A stretch of 64,000 bases of DNA from an uncultured virus (IMG/VR IMGVR_UViG_3300022552_000006) (Duplodnaviria > Heunggongvirae > Uroviricota > Caudoviricetes): IMG/VR virus record IMGVR_UViG_3300022552_000006; one strand, written 5' to 3'. The notes below the pieces were generated by a model that saw only the letters and a list, made by a program, of their open reading frames with translations, did no database searches and was not told where the DNA came from. Position numbers and translations under genes: made by a program. Positions 20,319 through 31,027 of the stretch are shown piece by piece. The first letter of the stretch is position 1. Each line of letters starts with the position of its first letter.

Positions 20319-20633
20319 TTAAATCATCAAATTATTTTTGATGCTCCTTTCTCCAGCTTTTGTTATCATCCAGATAATTTTTGTTGATCCATAAAGCCCT
20401 TTCTCTTTTAGTTTTAGTTTGTTGGCTAATTTATCGAACTCTTCAATATTTTCCCATTTTCGTATTGCCTTTATCAAACCAAACCTCCTAAGTGAATCTG
20501 TTGCGCGCATCACTTTGCTTATGTTAAAGTTCAAGTCTTGTACAATTTGCTTCGAGATAGCCAACTTTTTGTCGTTGAGATACCTAAGTATAATTATATC
20601 AGAGTCTCTACTCCCCACTTTCATATTAATCAT
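20319..20633 (-). CDS. Winged-helix DNA-binding protein
   Basis: SKQIVQDLNFNISKVMRATDSL...GLI; WMITKAGE. Confidence 0.6.
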   Translation of the reverse strand: MINMKVGSRDSDIIILRYLNDKKLAISKQIVQDLNFNISKVMRATDSLRRFGLIKAIRKWENIEEFDKLANKLKLKEKGLYGSTKIIWMITKAGERSIKNNLMI

Positions 20634-21170
20634 CTATTTTTCTGCTTCCGCGTCCTCCGGTGGTGTAATTGGTTTTAGAATTTTTATATATCCCTTCTTT
20701 TCCCATATCTCTAAATAATTTGAGATTGTCACCGCAAAGTCTACATAATTAATTTGTGTTATATTCACCGCAACATTGCTAATTCTTCCAAGTTGTCTTG
20801 CATTAAATTCGAGCTGCCTTAGAATCTTGTCTAACATATTCATTCTGGCAACTCCCAGCTTATCCTTTTTAGACCTTTTTATTTCTTTATAGAGTTCCCA
20901 CATCTCTTCATTAATTCTTTTTAATTGTTCTGCGGTATTTAGAATTTCTTGCTTCAATTCCTCACGCGATTGGGTTGTAGTCTGAGGCTGTTTAAGACCT
21001 AAAGCTTGCATACCTTCGGCATCAAAAAAGCTTTTTACTGCCATATGCGAAACTTGGGCATTCAATTCTTCGTTTAAAGTTTTGGCAATTTGCCTAAAAC
21101 CTAATCCTTGAGCCCTTAATTTTCTCGCTCTTTCTGCAAGCAAAGGATTTCTTGCAATTTTTCCAGCCAT
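20634..21170 (-). CDS. HTH/coiled-coil protein, possible terminase small subunit
   Basis: N-terminal HTH (GLGFRQIAKTL), central helices and a beta-like tail (VNITQIN); not adjacent to the large subunit. Confidence 0.4.
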   Translation of the reverse strand: MAGKIARNPLLAERARKLRAQGLGFRQIAKTLNEELNAQVSHMAVKSFFDAEGMQALGLKQPQTTTQSREELKQEILNTAEQLKRINEEMWELYKEIKRSKKDKLGVARMNMLDKILRQLEFNARQLGRISNVAVNITQINYVDFAVTISNYLEIWEKKGYIKILKPITPPEDAEAEK

Positions 21171-21778
21171 AAAAATATATAAGGTGAAGTCATATATATT
21201 TTTATGGCTACTCGAATACACAGGAATGATATTGCTGCAAAATTTACAACGCCAAAATGGCAGCGTATGCTTACTGCATCTAGAGTTGGGTATTGTGAAG
21301 GTCGCAACATTCCAAGACTAAAATGCCATCTATATGCTACATTGCATCCAGTGTATTACGCAGGAAGGACAATGTGGTTATGTGCAAGATGTATAGACAA
21401 ATTAAACAAATCACGGTCTCCAAAAACAAGACCTATTCCAAGATACTGATTTTCTAATTATATATTAGACTATATAAATTGAATTAAATATAGCACACCT
21501 TAAATACATTATGTCATTTAAAGAAGAATCCACAAAAAACATTTTAGAAACCATAATGGTGCTGAAGCAGTCTATTGATATAATCGATAACAATAAGCCT
21601 GCAAGAGCTGGAGCATTATTGGGTTCGCAGGCAATGGTTCTTACACAATTTCTACAAAACAACAAAAAGGATAAAGTTGTGCTTAAGACAATAAAAGAAA
21701 TGGAGAAGATGATGAAAAAAGAGAAAGACAAGCGAAAAGCAGCTATGAAAAAATTAAATATTAAGGAGGGGTTAACAT

Positions 21779-22081
21779 ATGTCGGGTGACTGGGGAAAAG
21801 AAAATCGTCTTGAAGATAAGCTTTTTACACCTATCATAAAAGATGTGATAGTTGAACTGGCAAAAAGCAAGGAAGTGCCTACGATAACAGAGTTCATGTT
21901 CAGGACCCACAGGGCATATTCCCAGATTCATAAAATCAGGAATTACCTTGCCCTCAAAGGTTTGGTAAAGATAGAAAAAAACGGCAAAGACACCAAAACC
22001 AAGCTGACGCCAAAAGGCGAAAAAGTTGCAACGGCGCTATGGAAATTCATTGAATTAATCAACAAGGTCGAGGGTGAATAA
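21779..22081 (+). CDS. MarR-like winged-helix regulator
   Basis: YSQIHKI...L..KGLVKIEKNG...KLTPKGEKVA. Confidence 0.7.
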   Translation: MSGDWGKENRLEDKLFTPIIKDVIVELAKSKEVPTITEFMFRTHRAYSQIHKIRNYLALKGLVKIEKNGKDTKTKLTPKGEKVATALWKFIELINKVEGE

Positions 22082-22492
22082 GATGTTTGGAATAAAAAAG
22101 CAGGACAAAAAAGAAGTGCCTTACAAAATAAAGAAAGTCATTAAAAAGTTTTCTATTCCATTACCGGAGCAGGAAATCGCGAAGCTTGGCAAAAAGTATG
22201 TTATGATTGAATCTGGAGAAATTCTCGCATTTTTGATGAACAGGACTAACAGGATAAGTCAGCTGGTACAACAGAAGAAAAAACTTATGACCACAGACCG
22301 GGCTCTTTATGAGGCAATTGCTTCCGCAAGGGGCAATAGGGAAATCGGGCTTGAAAAACTGAAATTCGTTTTGTTTCATATATCCATCGTTCCTGAAGCA
22401 AAAAAGCTGATAAGCCGTGAAAGGATGAATGAAGTCAGAAGAGCCTATGGCGGCATTTGAACTGTTATAAATTATAAAAACTTGAGAGAGAG

Positions 22493-22696
22493 GTGAATCA
22501 TGTGAGATTAAATGTACATAAGCTTGCCTTAAGAGTGGCAAAGAAAGAAGGGAAAAAAAGGCAAGTGAATATCGCACAAATCAAAGAAGTTGTGAAATAC
22601 GCTTTAATCGATCTCGGAACCGCATCTAACAAAGATATAATCGATACAATTAATGCATATAGACCAAAGAAAAAAAGAAAAAAATACTGCGAGTGA
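22493..22696 (+). CDS. Small basic protein resembling the HU/IHF N-terminal helices
   Basis: LNVHKLALRVAKKEG...VNIAQIKEVV; lacks the HU beta-arm. Confidence 0.4.
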   Translation: MNHVRLNVHKLALRVAKKEGKKRQVNIAQIKEVVKYALIDLGTASNKDIIDTINAYRPKKKRKKYCE

Positions 22697-23150
22697 TGCA
22701 TATGCCATTTTCAGTGGTCAATTCAAGGGGGCAGAAATACTGGTTACACAAAGTCTTGGGAAAAAAGAACAAGCGATGGCTCTATTACTTTTCCAAAAAG
22801 CAAGAAGGGGCCATAGAAAAGCCTGAAGGTTGGTATGTGGAAGAGTTCGAAAGAAGCGGCATTCCATTATTAAAGAAAAAAAGGTGGTAAAGTGTCTGAA
22901 TTAACCAAAAATAGAAACATAAACTTTGATGAAAATACACAGAAAATGACTGTAGTTAAGAAAACTATTGAAATTTTTGACAAGGGAGAAATTTATAATA
23001 TTTATCAAAATCTCAAGCAACAGTTACAACAGCTTGAGAAACAGTGGACTCAACTACAAAAAACAATCGAGAATGTGAAAAGGGATTTAAAAGAGCTTGA
23101 ACCAATCTATAACAAAATTAAAGAAGATTTGAAAAATCAAAAATGAATAA

Positions 23151-23474
23151 ATGGAGGGGATTTATGTGGCAGATGAAATACAAAACACTATATATGTCGG
23201 AAACAAGCCGCCAGTTGTATATGCGGCAAGCATTCAAACACAGGTGGCAAAAGGAGAAAAAGAAATTCATATCAAGGCTCGCGGAAGAGCAATAAGCAAG
23301 GCGGTTGATGTTAGCCAGCTTGTAACGAATCGTTTTCTTGATGGCTGGAAAATAAACAATGTTACATTAGGCACAGAAGAGATGGAAGTGGAAAGGGAAA
23401 ACAAAAATACAAAACAAAAAGAAAAAGCCAAGATAAGAGTTTCTACAATAGATATAGCAATGTCAGCGCAGTAA
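23151..23474 (+). CDS. albA: DNA/RNA-binding protein Alba
   Basis: IYVGNKP..Y, IKARGRAISKAVDV and VSTIDI signature. Confidence 0.95.
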   Translation: MEGIYVADEIQNTIYVGNKPPVVYAASIQTQVAKGEKEIHIKARGRAISKAVDVSQLVTNRFLDGWKINNVTLGTEEMEVERENKNTKQKEKAKIRVSTIDIAMSAQ

Positions 23475-23655
23475 GGTGAATCTTGTGAAAAAAAAATTGA
23501 AAATCGGGAATGAAACCTTAATGCTGACATTCGACCCGAAGCAAAGCACAAAAGCAAAGAAAGTTTATAAGGGTAAAAACACAAAAGGCAAGCAAATAAA
23601 ATATATTGAACTTGATATGCAGCCAAAAAATAAAGATGAGAGGGAGTGAGGAATT

Positions 23656-24312
23656 ATGCATGTTTTAATAGGATTTCCATTATATAACAATATGCCAGTT
23701 GAGACATTTATGAGCTGGAATAGCTTGATGTTCGACCTTTTGACAATGACATCTAAAAATAAGAAGTTTTCATTTTCGATTGCCAACACGAAAGGAATGG
23801 TTACAGATCAGGCAAGAAACAACTTGGCTTCAAGATTTATGCATCAGAAGAACCCTAAATGCGACTATCTTTTGTTTCTTGATTCTGATATGATATTCCC
23901 ATCTAATCTGTTAAAAAGGCTGCTTAAGGTTGACGCTGACATAGTGACAGGATTGGCATTCAAAAAATGGTTTCCGCATTATCCTACAATTTTTAAGAAG
24001 AGGGGAAGAGACTACCTTTCTATGGTAAACTATCCGCGAAATGAGATAATTGATGTGGATGGATGCGGTATGGCATGTGCCTTAATAAAGCGAAAAGTCT
24101 TTGAAAAAATTCCGGAGCCTTGGTTTGAATTCAAGATAATCAAAAAAGACGGCAAAAAGATGGTGCTTGGCGAAGATTTGGTATTTTGCCAGAAAGCAAA
24201 GAAAGCTGGGTTTTCGATAAAATGCGACACAAGCATTGTCTGCGGGCATGTTGGTGGAGTTATTGATGAGAGGACATTTCAAGGTGTAAGACAATTCGCG
24301 CCTCCAATATGA
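23656..24312 (+). CDS. GT-A fold (GT2-like) glycosyltransferase
   Basis: ARNNL, FLDSD, VDGCGM, GEDLVFC and CGHVG motifs. Confidence 0.85.
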   Translation: MHVLIGFPLYNNMPVETFMSWNSLMFDLLTMTSKNKKFSFSIANTKGMVTDQARNNLASRFMHQKNPKCDYLLFLDSDMIFPSNLLKRLLKVDADIVTGLAFKKWFPHYPTIFKKRGRDYLSMVNYPRNEIIDVDGCGMACALIKRKVFEKIPEPWFEFKIIKKDGKKMVLGEDLVFCQKAKKAGFSIKCDTSIVCGHVGGVIDERTFQGVRQFAPPI

Positions 24313-24349
24313 AGTGTTTTCTATGATAAAAATAAAAGAGAGGGATAAT

Positions 24350-25453
24350 ATGGATGTAGCAATGGTTTTAGGCATAAGACCAGATTGGATAATGAATTCA
24401 ATATTGATAGAAAAGCTTGATAGCTGGCTTGGAAAAGACTTCAAACTTATTCACACCGGGCAGCATTATTCCTATAATATGGACAAGATATTTTTTGACG
24501 AGCTGGGTATAAGGGAACCGGATTATCACCTTAACATAGGTTCTGGGTCCCATAGCTATCAGAATGGGGAAACAATCAAAAAGGCAGGCAAGATACTTGA
24601 GAAGTTGAGACCAGATGTGTTATTGGTGTTTTCTGACGCCAATCCAGTGCTTTCTGCAATTGCGGCAACAAAGCTGGGAATCAAGGTATGCCACCTTGAA
24701 GCTGGGATGCGCTCATGGGATTGGAGGATGCCAGAAGAGAAAAACAGGAGAATTGTTGATTCCATTTCGGATTACTTATTCACTCCTACACGAATTGCCC
24801 ACGACAACCTTGTTCGGGAAGGGGTAAGAGAAACAAAAATACACATAGTCGGAAAACAGGTCGTTGAAGTCTTGGATAAGTTCGATAGAGCCATAGAATC
24901 GTCTGTTATTCTTGAGAAGCTTGGTTTGGAGGAAAATAAATATCTTCTCGTGACTGCACACAGGCCTGAAAATGTGGAAAACGAAAGAAACTTGAAAAAC
25001 ATCTTGACTGCCATTGGAGACGCCTGTGACTATCTCAACATCAATGCGATTTTCCCCGCGCATCCAAGAACACAGAAAGCCATCAAAAAATTTGAGATTA
25101 AGTTGAATCCTCGCATAAAAATGATTGACTATCTTGGATTTTTCGATTTTTCCAAACTGGAGAAAAATGCCAAGATTCTGGTTACTGATTCTGGCACGGT
25201 CGAGGAAGATGGGTGCTGGTATCATGTACCTGTTGTTACATTCAGGCTTAGCACAGAGAGACCAGAAACAGAGGAATGTGGGGCAAATGTTGTGGTTGGT
25301 GTTGACAGGAGAGCCATTTTTGGCGCTATAATCCAGTCTTATGACAAGGACACAAAATGGGAGTGTCCATATCATCTTGGCGCTGCAGACAAGATAGTAT
25401 CTGTGTTGAAGTCGAGAGAAGATGAAATGGAGGATGAGAAAATATGGTGGTAG
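24350..25453 (+). CDS. wecB: UDP-N-acetylglucosamine 2-epimerase (non-hydrolysing)
   Basis: G.RP, HTGQHY, HLEAGMRS, MPEE.NR, HRPEN, TDSG and TERPE motifs. Confidence 0.92.
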   Translation: MDVAMVLGIRPDWIMNSILIEKLDSWLGKDFKLIHTGQHYSYNMDKIFFDELGIREPDYHLNIGSGSHSYQNGETIKKAGKILEKLRPDVLLVFSDANPVLSAIAATKLGIKVCHLEAGMRSWDWRMPEEKNRRIVDSISDYLFTPTRIAHDNLVREGVRETKIHIVGKQVVEVLDKFDRAIESSVILEKLGLEENKYLLVTAHRPENVENERNLKNILTAIGDACDYLNINAIFPAHPRTQKAIKKFEIKLNPRIKMIDYLGFFDFSKLEKNAKILVTDSGTVEEDGCWYHVPVVTFRLSTERPETEECGANVVVGVDRRAIFGAIIQSYDKDTKWECPYHLGAADKIVSVLKSREDEMEDEKIWW

Positions 25454-25866
25454 TGAAAGTGAAAGAGCTTAACAGGTTTGTGGATGATAGGGGTATCCTT
25501 GATCAGGTGTATAACAAGGATTTGCCATTCAAGCCGAAAAGAGTTTATGTCATTCACGGGAGAAAAGACGCAATTCGCGGTTTGCATGGGCATAAAAAAG
25601 AGTGGAAAGCGTTCTATGTAGCTAAAGGCATGGTATATTTTGTCACGGTTACAATGAAGGAACATTTTGGGAAGTCAGTGACATTAAGCGAAAAAAAGCC
25701 TGAACTTTTAATCGTTCCACCTAGCTATTTTAATGGCATGAAACCTCTTGAAGATTCCATAATTTTTTGCTTTTCAAGTCTAACTCTTGAGGAATCTATG
25801 AAAGACGACATACGCATGCCGCCATTTTCAATTGGAAAAAAAATATGGGAGCAGGAGGGGAGATGA
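25444..25866 (+). CDS. dTDP-sugar epimerase/isomerase cupin (RmlC/FdtA-like)
   Basis: DDRG and IRGLHGHK cupin motifs. Confidence 0.8.
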   Translation: MVVVKVKELNRFVDDRGILDQVYNKDLPFKPKRVYVIHGRKDAIRGLHGHKKEWKAFYVAKGMVYFVTVTMKEHFGKSVTLSEKKPELLIVPPSYFNGMKPLEDSIIFCFSSLTLEESMKDDIRMPPFSIGKKIWEQEGR

Positions 25867-26179
25867 TGAAAAAGAAAAAAATTGCTTATTATAAAGATGT
25901 GCCAGAAGGTGTAATTAAGCAGGCTATACAATATGTAGTGGATATGCAACTACCACAAGAAAGAATAGTAAATGCGATTTACAATCAAATTGTAAGCGAT
26001 ATTAATCAACCTCCTTTATTCAGAGTAAAAAAGAAGATTTTTCTGCCTTTTTTATTGGAATTTGATATAGAAGATGACAATGAAACAATAACATTAAGTA
26101 TTAGTCGTTGTCTTCAAGATGGTAGAAAGGCGTCTGAATGGATTAAAAATGAAATTCTAAAAGCAGGTGAGAAATTTAT

Positions 26180-27148
26180 ATGAGAATACTTGTAACTGGC
26201 GGGGCAGGATATCTTGGTTCAGTTCTTGTAAGGAGACTATTACAGGAAGGTCACGAAATAACAGTTGTTGATAAAGGATATTATGGGCTGAAATCGCTGA
26301 AAAAGCTGCCGATATTGTTAATAAAGAAAGATGTGCAGTCAATTAGAAGTTTAAAAAACATTGATGTGCTGATACACCTTGCTTCCATTGTTGGGGATGC
26401 TGCATGTCGGCTTAGTCCAGGGCAGACTGTCAGGACTAATGTGTATATGACAGAGCATCTGGCAAAATTATGCAAAAAGCATAATGTTAAGATGGTGTAT
26501 GCTTCAACATGTTCTGTTTATGGCAAAACAGATAGGATTGTTTCAGAGAGAGTTAAGCCAAGACCTGCTTCGCTTTATGGATGGTCAAAATTATTTTCAG
26601 AAAATATAATCAGGAACGGTGGTTGCGATTATGTGATTTTAAGGCTTGGAACTCTATTTGGAATGAGCCACAGGATGCGGTTTGACCTTGCTGTCAACCT
26701 TTTCATAGCCAAAGCATTGAGTGGAGAAATGATTACAGTTTATGGCGGACAACAATATAGACCGTTTCTACATGTTAAGGATGCAGCTGAAGCATTTAGC
26801 AGGGCTATAGACTGGAGGCGTGGCATTTACAATGTAGCTTTGACAAACTTCCAGATTATTGATGTGGCGAAAGCGATTGCAGAATATTTTGGTGTTGCGT
26901 ACGGTGTTATCGAAGGAATAAAAGACGAGAGAGATTATATTGTCAGCTTAAAAAAATCAAAAAGGCGATTTATGCCAAGAAGGGGGCTGGATGCTGCGTG
27001 TGCGGAAATAGAAAACGCTTACGATTTTGGCATCTGGAAAAATTACAAAAAGTCGGAATATAGCAACCATAAAGCTTTATTCAAGGATATCGAGTTTATG
27101 AAGCGTGTATACACTTTGGGTCCGATATTGCCGCATGATGAAATGTAG
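26180..27148 (+). CDS. NAD-dependent sugar epimerase/dehydratase
   Basis: GGAGYLG, ASTCSVYG, YGWSK and RMRFDLAVN motifs. Confidence 0.92.
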   Translation: MRILVTGGAGYLGSVLVRRLLQEGHEITVVDKGYYGLKSLKKLPILLIKKDVQSIRSLKNIDVLIHLASIVGDAACRLSPGQTVRTNVYMTEHLAKLCKKHNVKMVYASTCSVYGKTDRIVSERVKPRPASLYGWSKLFSENIIRNGGCDYVILRLGTLFGMSHRMRFDLAVNLFIAKALSGEMITVYGGQQYRPFLHVKDAAEAFSRAIDWRRGIYNVALTNFQIIDVAKAIAEYFGVAYGVIEGIKDERDYIVSLKKSKRRFMPRRGLDAACAEIENAYDFGIWKNYKKSEYSNHKALFKDIEFMKRVYTLGPILPHDEM

Positions 27149-27245
27149 GCGATGTTATGAATTTAAAAGAGTGTGCGTTTTGCAGAAAGTTTTGGGATGG
27201 AACATGCGACCTGAAAAATTGTATGGGATGGGAGGCGATGACAAG

Positions 27246-28016
27246 ATGAAGATAATGATAACAGGGGCTTCTGGAAGGCTGGGCAAAGAACTCAGCAAGC
27301 TTTATCCGGATGCGTTAAAGCCAAGCCACAAGGAACTGGATATAACAAATATGGATGCGGTTATGAAATACATAAAAAAGCATAAGCCAGATGTTGTGAT
27401 ACATCTCGCTGCTTTGACAGGAATTATAACATGCGAGGAGAACAAGGAGCTTGCGTGGAAGACGAATGTTGAAGGGACAAGATATATTGTGGATGCTCTT
27501 GAGGCATATAGAGAAGATGCGAAATTGATATACATGTCAACTCCTTGCGTGTTTTCCGGCAAAATATCGAGTGCACCGTTTGATGAGGATAGCCTTCCTA
27601 ATCCGCAAAATTTTTATGGCTTGACAAAAGCTTTGGGAGAGACAATCATCCGATTTAGTAGGCTGTTAAACTGGTTTATAATAAGGGCGAATTTCGTGCC
27701 AAGAGAAAAGTGGCCACACCCGAGAGCATTTACGGACAGATGGGGGACATATTTATTTGCAGACGACCTTGCGAAGGCAATAAAGGAAGTTGTTGAGAAG
27801 GCAAATGGAAAACACGGAATCTTGCATCTTGTTGGCGATAAAAGAATGAGCATGTATGAACTTGCAAAGATAACGACGCCAGATATTAAACCAATGACAA
27901 TTAAGGACTATAAGGGAGAGTTCTATGCTTACAGAGGGGCAATGCCTCCAGAGTTGACGCAAGATATGAGCTTGGCGACAAAATACTGGCACACATATAA
28001 AATTACGGGTGGTTAA
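27246..28016 (+). CDS. dTDP-4-dehydrorhamnose reductase-like protein (RmlD family)
   Basis: MITGASGRLG, HLAA.T, MST..VF.G and YGLTK motifs; the ORF-track start at 27105 is too early. Confidence 0.85.
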   Translation: MKIMITGASGRLGKELSKLYPDALKPSHKELDITNMDAVMKYIKKHKPDVVIHLAALTGIITCEENKELAWKTNVEGTRYIVDALEAYREDAKLIYMSTPCVFSGKISSAPFDEDSLPNPQNFYGLTKALGETIIRFSRLLNWFIIRANFVPREKWPHPRAFTDRWGTYLFADDLAKAIKEVVEKANGKHGILHLVGDKRMSMYELAKITTPDIKPMTIKDYKGEFYAYRGAMPPELTQDMSLATKYWHTYKITGG

Positions 28017-28544
28017 ATGCCTTTTTCGGAACAGCCAGAAGAGGGGGAAATGCTAATGACTCAAATGATATTGAAAAATTCTAAAAGGAAAATACTTGAT
28101 GTGGGTGCTGGTGCAGGCAAGTGGGGAAAGATATTGAGTGGCAAGGTGGAACAGATTGATTGTGTTGAAATCTGGAAACCATATATCGAGCAATATAGAT
28201 TAAAAAAAATTTACAACAGGGTTTACAACATGGATATAATGGATTTTTCAAGCCTTTCATATTACGATGTCGTAATTCTTGGGGATGTGCTGGAGCATCT
28301 ACATTACAAGGATGCAATAAAGCTGGTTAAGAGACTCAAGAAGTCTGTTGAGGAAACATATCTTACAATTCCTGTTTCACTTTGTATACAAGGAGAATAT
28401 ATGGGAAATCCATATGAGACTCACAGGTATCAGTGGACTCATGAAGAGCTTGAAGAGCTTGGATTTGATTTGATACACAAAGGAGCGAATGCATCTGGCT
28501 CGGTAGTAATCGGTACATATGTGATGAGGGGGAAAAATGAATAA
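28017..28544 (+). CDS. Class I SAM-dependent methyltransferase (probably acting on glycan)
   Basis: ILDVGAGAG and DVLEH motifs; inside the sugar cluster. Confidence 0.85.
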   Translation: MPFSEQPEEGEMLMTQMILKNSKRKILDVGAGAGKWGKILSGKVEQIDCVEIWKPYIEQYRLKKIYNRVYNMDIMDFSSLSYYDVVILGDVLEHLHYKDAIKLVKRLKKSVEETYLTIPVSLCIQGEYMGNPYETHRYQWTHEELEELGFDLIHKGANASGSVVIGTYVMRGKNE

Positions 28545-29310
28545 ATTTAAGGTTTCAGTTGTTGTGCCTGTTTATAACACGAGAAGAAAATATCTTGAGC
28601 AATGTGTCAACAGCATTGTCAAGCAAACCTATAAGCCATACGAAATCATAATTGTTGACGATGGCTCCACGAGGGTTCAAACACTGAAAGCTTTGAAGCA
28701 AATAGAGAAGAAAGGAGTAGCGTGCGTGATTCATCAAAATAACAGGAAAATAAGCGGGGCTTTGAATACCGGCATAAGAAACATGAAAGGAAACTGGTGG
28801 GCTGGATGCTCATCTGATGATGTGTGGTTTCCATACAAGCTCGAAGAGCAGGTCAAGTATGCCAAAAAGCATCCGCATGCAAAAGTGATTTACGCAAACT
28901 GGGTTATGATTGACAAGGATGGCTATTTGATAGGCAGGGTTGAAGAACCCGAATTTTTTGACATCAAAGCGCAACAGCTTCACTTAATGTACAGGGGGTA
29001 TTTTGCGACATGGAGCAATATGCTGGTGCATAAGAGCGTTTTCGAGAAGGTGGGGCTTTTTAACGAGGCATATCCAACTTCTGAAGATTATGAAATGAAT
29101 GTGAGGATGTCGCAATATTATCTTTTTTACAAAGTTCATAGATATCTTATGATGTACAGGAAACATTCGGAGCAGTTAAGCGAGAGCCAGTGGGGATGGA
29201 AAGGAAAGAAAGGTCAGAAATACACACAAAAGGCGATGGAGCTTGCAAGAAAACTTTTTGGGGGAGATGGTCAAAATGAAGGAAATTACAATAGGCATAC
29301 CATTGTATAA
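28537..29310 (+). CDS. GT2 glycosyltransferase
   Basis: VSVVVPVYN, VDDGST, ALNTG, SDD and EDY motifs. Confidence 0.92.
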   Translation: MNKFKVSVVVPVYNTRRKYLEQCVNSIVKQTYKPYEIIIVDDGSTRVQTLKALKQIEKKGVACVIHQNNRKISGALNTGIRNMKGNWWAGCSSDDVWFPYKLEEQVKYAKKHPHAKVIYANWVMIDKDGYLIGRVEEPEFFDIKAQQLHLMYRGYFATWSNMLVHKSVFEKVGLFNEAYPTSEDYEMNVRMSQYYLFYKVHRYLMMYRKHSEQLSESQWGWKGKKGQKYTQKAMELARKLFGGDGQNEGNYNRHTIV

Positions 29311-29980
29311 TTCAATGCCGACACAGAGCTTTCTGTCAATATTGAAGATGCTTCATAATATGGGCAATAAGTTTAATGTCATTTACACAAGCAATTATCC
29401 AATTGAGTCTGCTCGGAATGAGATTGTCAGAAGATTTTTGAAGCGGGATAGCGATTATCTTCTGTTCATAGACTCTGACCAGATATTGCCCGAAAATGTG
29501 CTTCAAAGACTAATGGGGCTCGGAGATGTCGTTTCCGGGATTTCGTTCAAAAAGGCATATCCATATTACCCGACAATATACAAAAACGCTGGAGAAAAAT
29601 TTCAGCCAGTTGTGGATTATCCAAAGAATAAGATTATTGAAGTGGATGCTGTTGGAATGTTCTGCACTCTTGTAAAAAGGGAAGTGTTTGAAAATATGGA
29701 ACGCCCGTGGTTTGAATTTGGTCAGACAAGCGATGGCGAGCTAATTGGGGAGGATTTAATGTTTTGCAGAAAAGCCAAAGACCTCGGTTTTTCGATAAGG
29801 TCTGATACTGGGCTGATAGTTCCGCATGTCGGGGCCATAATAGACGAGAGGGCTTTTCAAAACACAAGGCTGGCTCTGAATGTCATACGCAAAGGCAAAT
29901 ATGCTGAAGTCAAGAAATTTATTGATGGATTGACTGCGGAAGACATTAAAAGAATAACTGACATAAGTGAGGAGTTTTAA
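29276..29980 (+). CDS. GT2-like glycosyltransferase, paralogue of 23656-24312
   Basis: IGIPLYN.MP, ARN, FIDSD, FKK.YP.YPTI, GEDL.FC and HVG.IIDER motifs shared with the paralogue. Confidence 0.85.
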   Translation: MKEITIGIPLYNSMPTQSFLSILKMLHNMGNKFNVIYTSNYPIESARNEIVRRFLKRDSDYLLFIDSDQILPENVLQRLMGLGDVVSGISFKKAYPYYPTIYKNAGEKFQPVVDYPKNKIIEVDAVGMFCTLVKREVFENMERPWFEFGQTSDGELIGEDLMFCRKAKDLGFSIRSDTGLIVPHVGAIIDERAFQNTRLALNVIRKGKYAEVKKFIDGLTAEDIKRITDISEEF

Positions 29981-31027
29981 ATGAAACCGTTAATTGTTAC
30001 ATGGGCAAAAATGCCAGAAACAGTTGGTGGGTGCGAATCAATTTTTCAAGACCTCGCCAACAAGTTGGATGGTAAGCTAATTACATATCCGTTTGGCAAT
30101 TCGTTTCCATACATCAAAGGTATGCCATCGAACTTCAAGACAATAGAGGAATATAAGTCATGGATATTTGACGATATGCTTCACAAGGAGCTTCTGAAAG
30201 AGAAGAAACCTATTATAGCCAACTGTGGCGTTGTCAATATATGGAGAAAACATGACACAAAGATAATAAACATATATAATGATCCCTATGCCCTTGCACA
30301 AGAAGTTATGGTTAAGAACAGGAGCAAGTTCATATACAACGACAATTTCATATCTTATATGGCAGATATGCAAAAGGTTTCCGCAAAGGGTGCATACAAT
30401 ATTGCGGTGAGCAATATAGCAAAAGAGGCAATGGAGAAAATTGGAATAAAATGTGACAATGTCATTGAGCACGGGGTTGATGCCACGCTTTTTAAGCCGA
30501 TGAGTAAAGTCAAGCTGAGAAAAAAATACGGCATAGATGCAAGTGCTAAAGTCGGGATTTTTGTTGGAATTGAGCATCCAATAAAGAACTGGGAGTGCAT
30601 AAACTGGCTTATAGACAACAAACAAGACATTTATTGGATAATTGTGTTCAAGGAAAATTGGGGCTTGAAGTATATATCCAATGGGCAGATTTTTGTAAAA
30701 GTTCCAAGAAAGCAAATGGTCGAACTTTATAATCTTGCGGACTTTGTTATAATGCCGTCATATTTCGAGTCCTTTGGGCTTGTTCCTATAGAAGCCGGGT
30801 TGTGCAATGTGCCTGTTGTAGCTTCAAGAACCGGGTGGATTGAGGACAAGGGAATCACAGATTATGGTATTGTTGTGAATGGCTTTAAACCAAAAGCATA
30901 CTCAAAGGCAATAGACAAGATTTTCGAATATGGATTTAAGCCAAGAAAATATATGAAGAAAAGGTTTGATTTCGAGAAATGGATTAAAAAGTGGAAAAAC
31001 TTAATGGAGGTGAATACGGATGTTTGA
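29981..31027 (+). CDS. GT4 glycosyltransferase
   Basis: HGVD..LF and PSYFESFGLVPIEA motifs. Confidence 0.9.
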   Translation: MKPLIVTWAKMPETVGGCESIFQDLANKLDGKLITYPFGNSFPYIKGMPSNFKTIEEYKSWIFDDMLHKELLKEKKPIIANCGVVNIWRKHDTKIINIYNDPYALAQEVMVKNRSKFIYNDNFISYMADMQKVSAKGAYNIAVSNIAKEAMEKIGIKCDNVIEHGVDATLFKPMSKVKLRKKYGIDASAKVGIFVGIEHPIKNWECINWLIDNKQDIYWIIVFKENWGLKYISNGQIFVKVPRKQMVELYNLADFVIMPSYFESFGLVPIEAGLCNVPVVASRTGWIEDKGITDYGIVVNGFKPKAYSKAIDKIFEYGFKPRKYMKKRFDFEKWIKKWKNLMEVNTDV

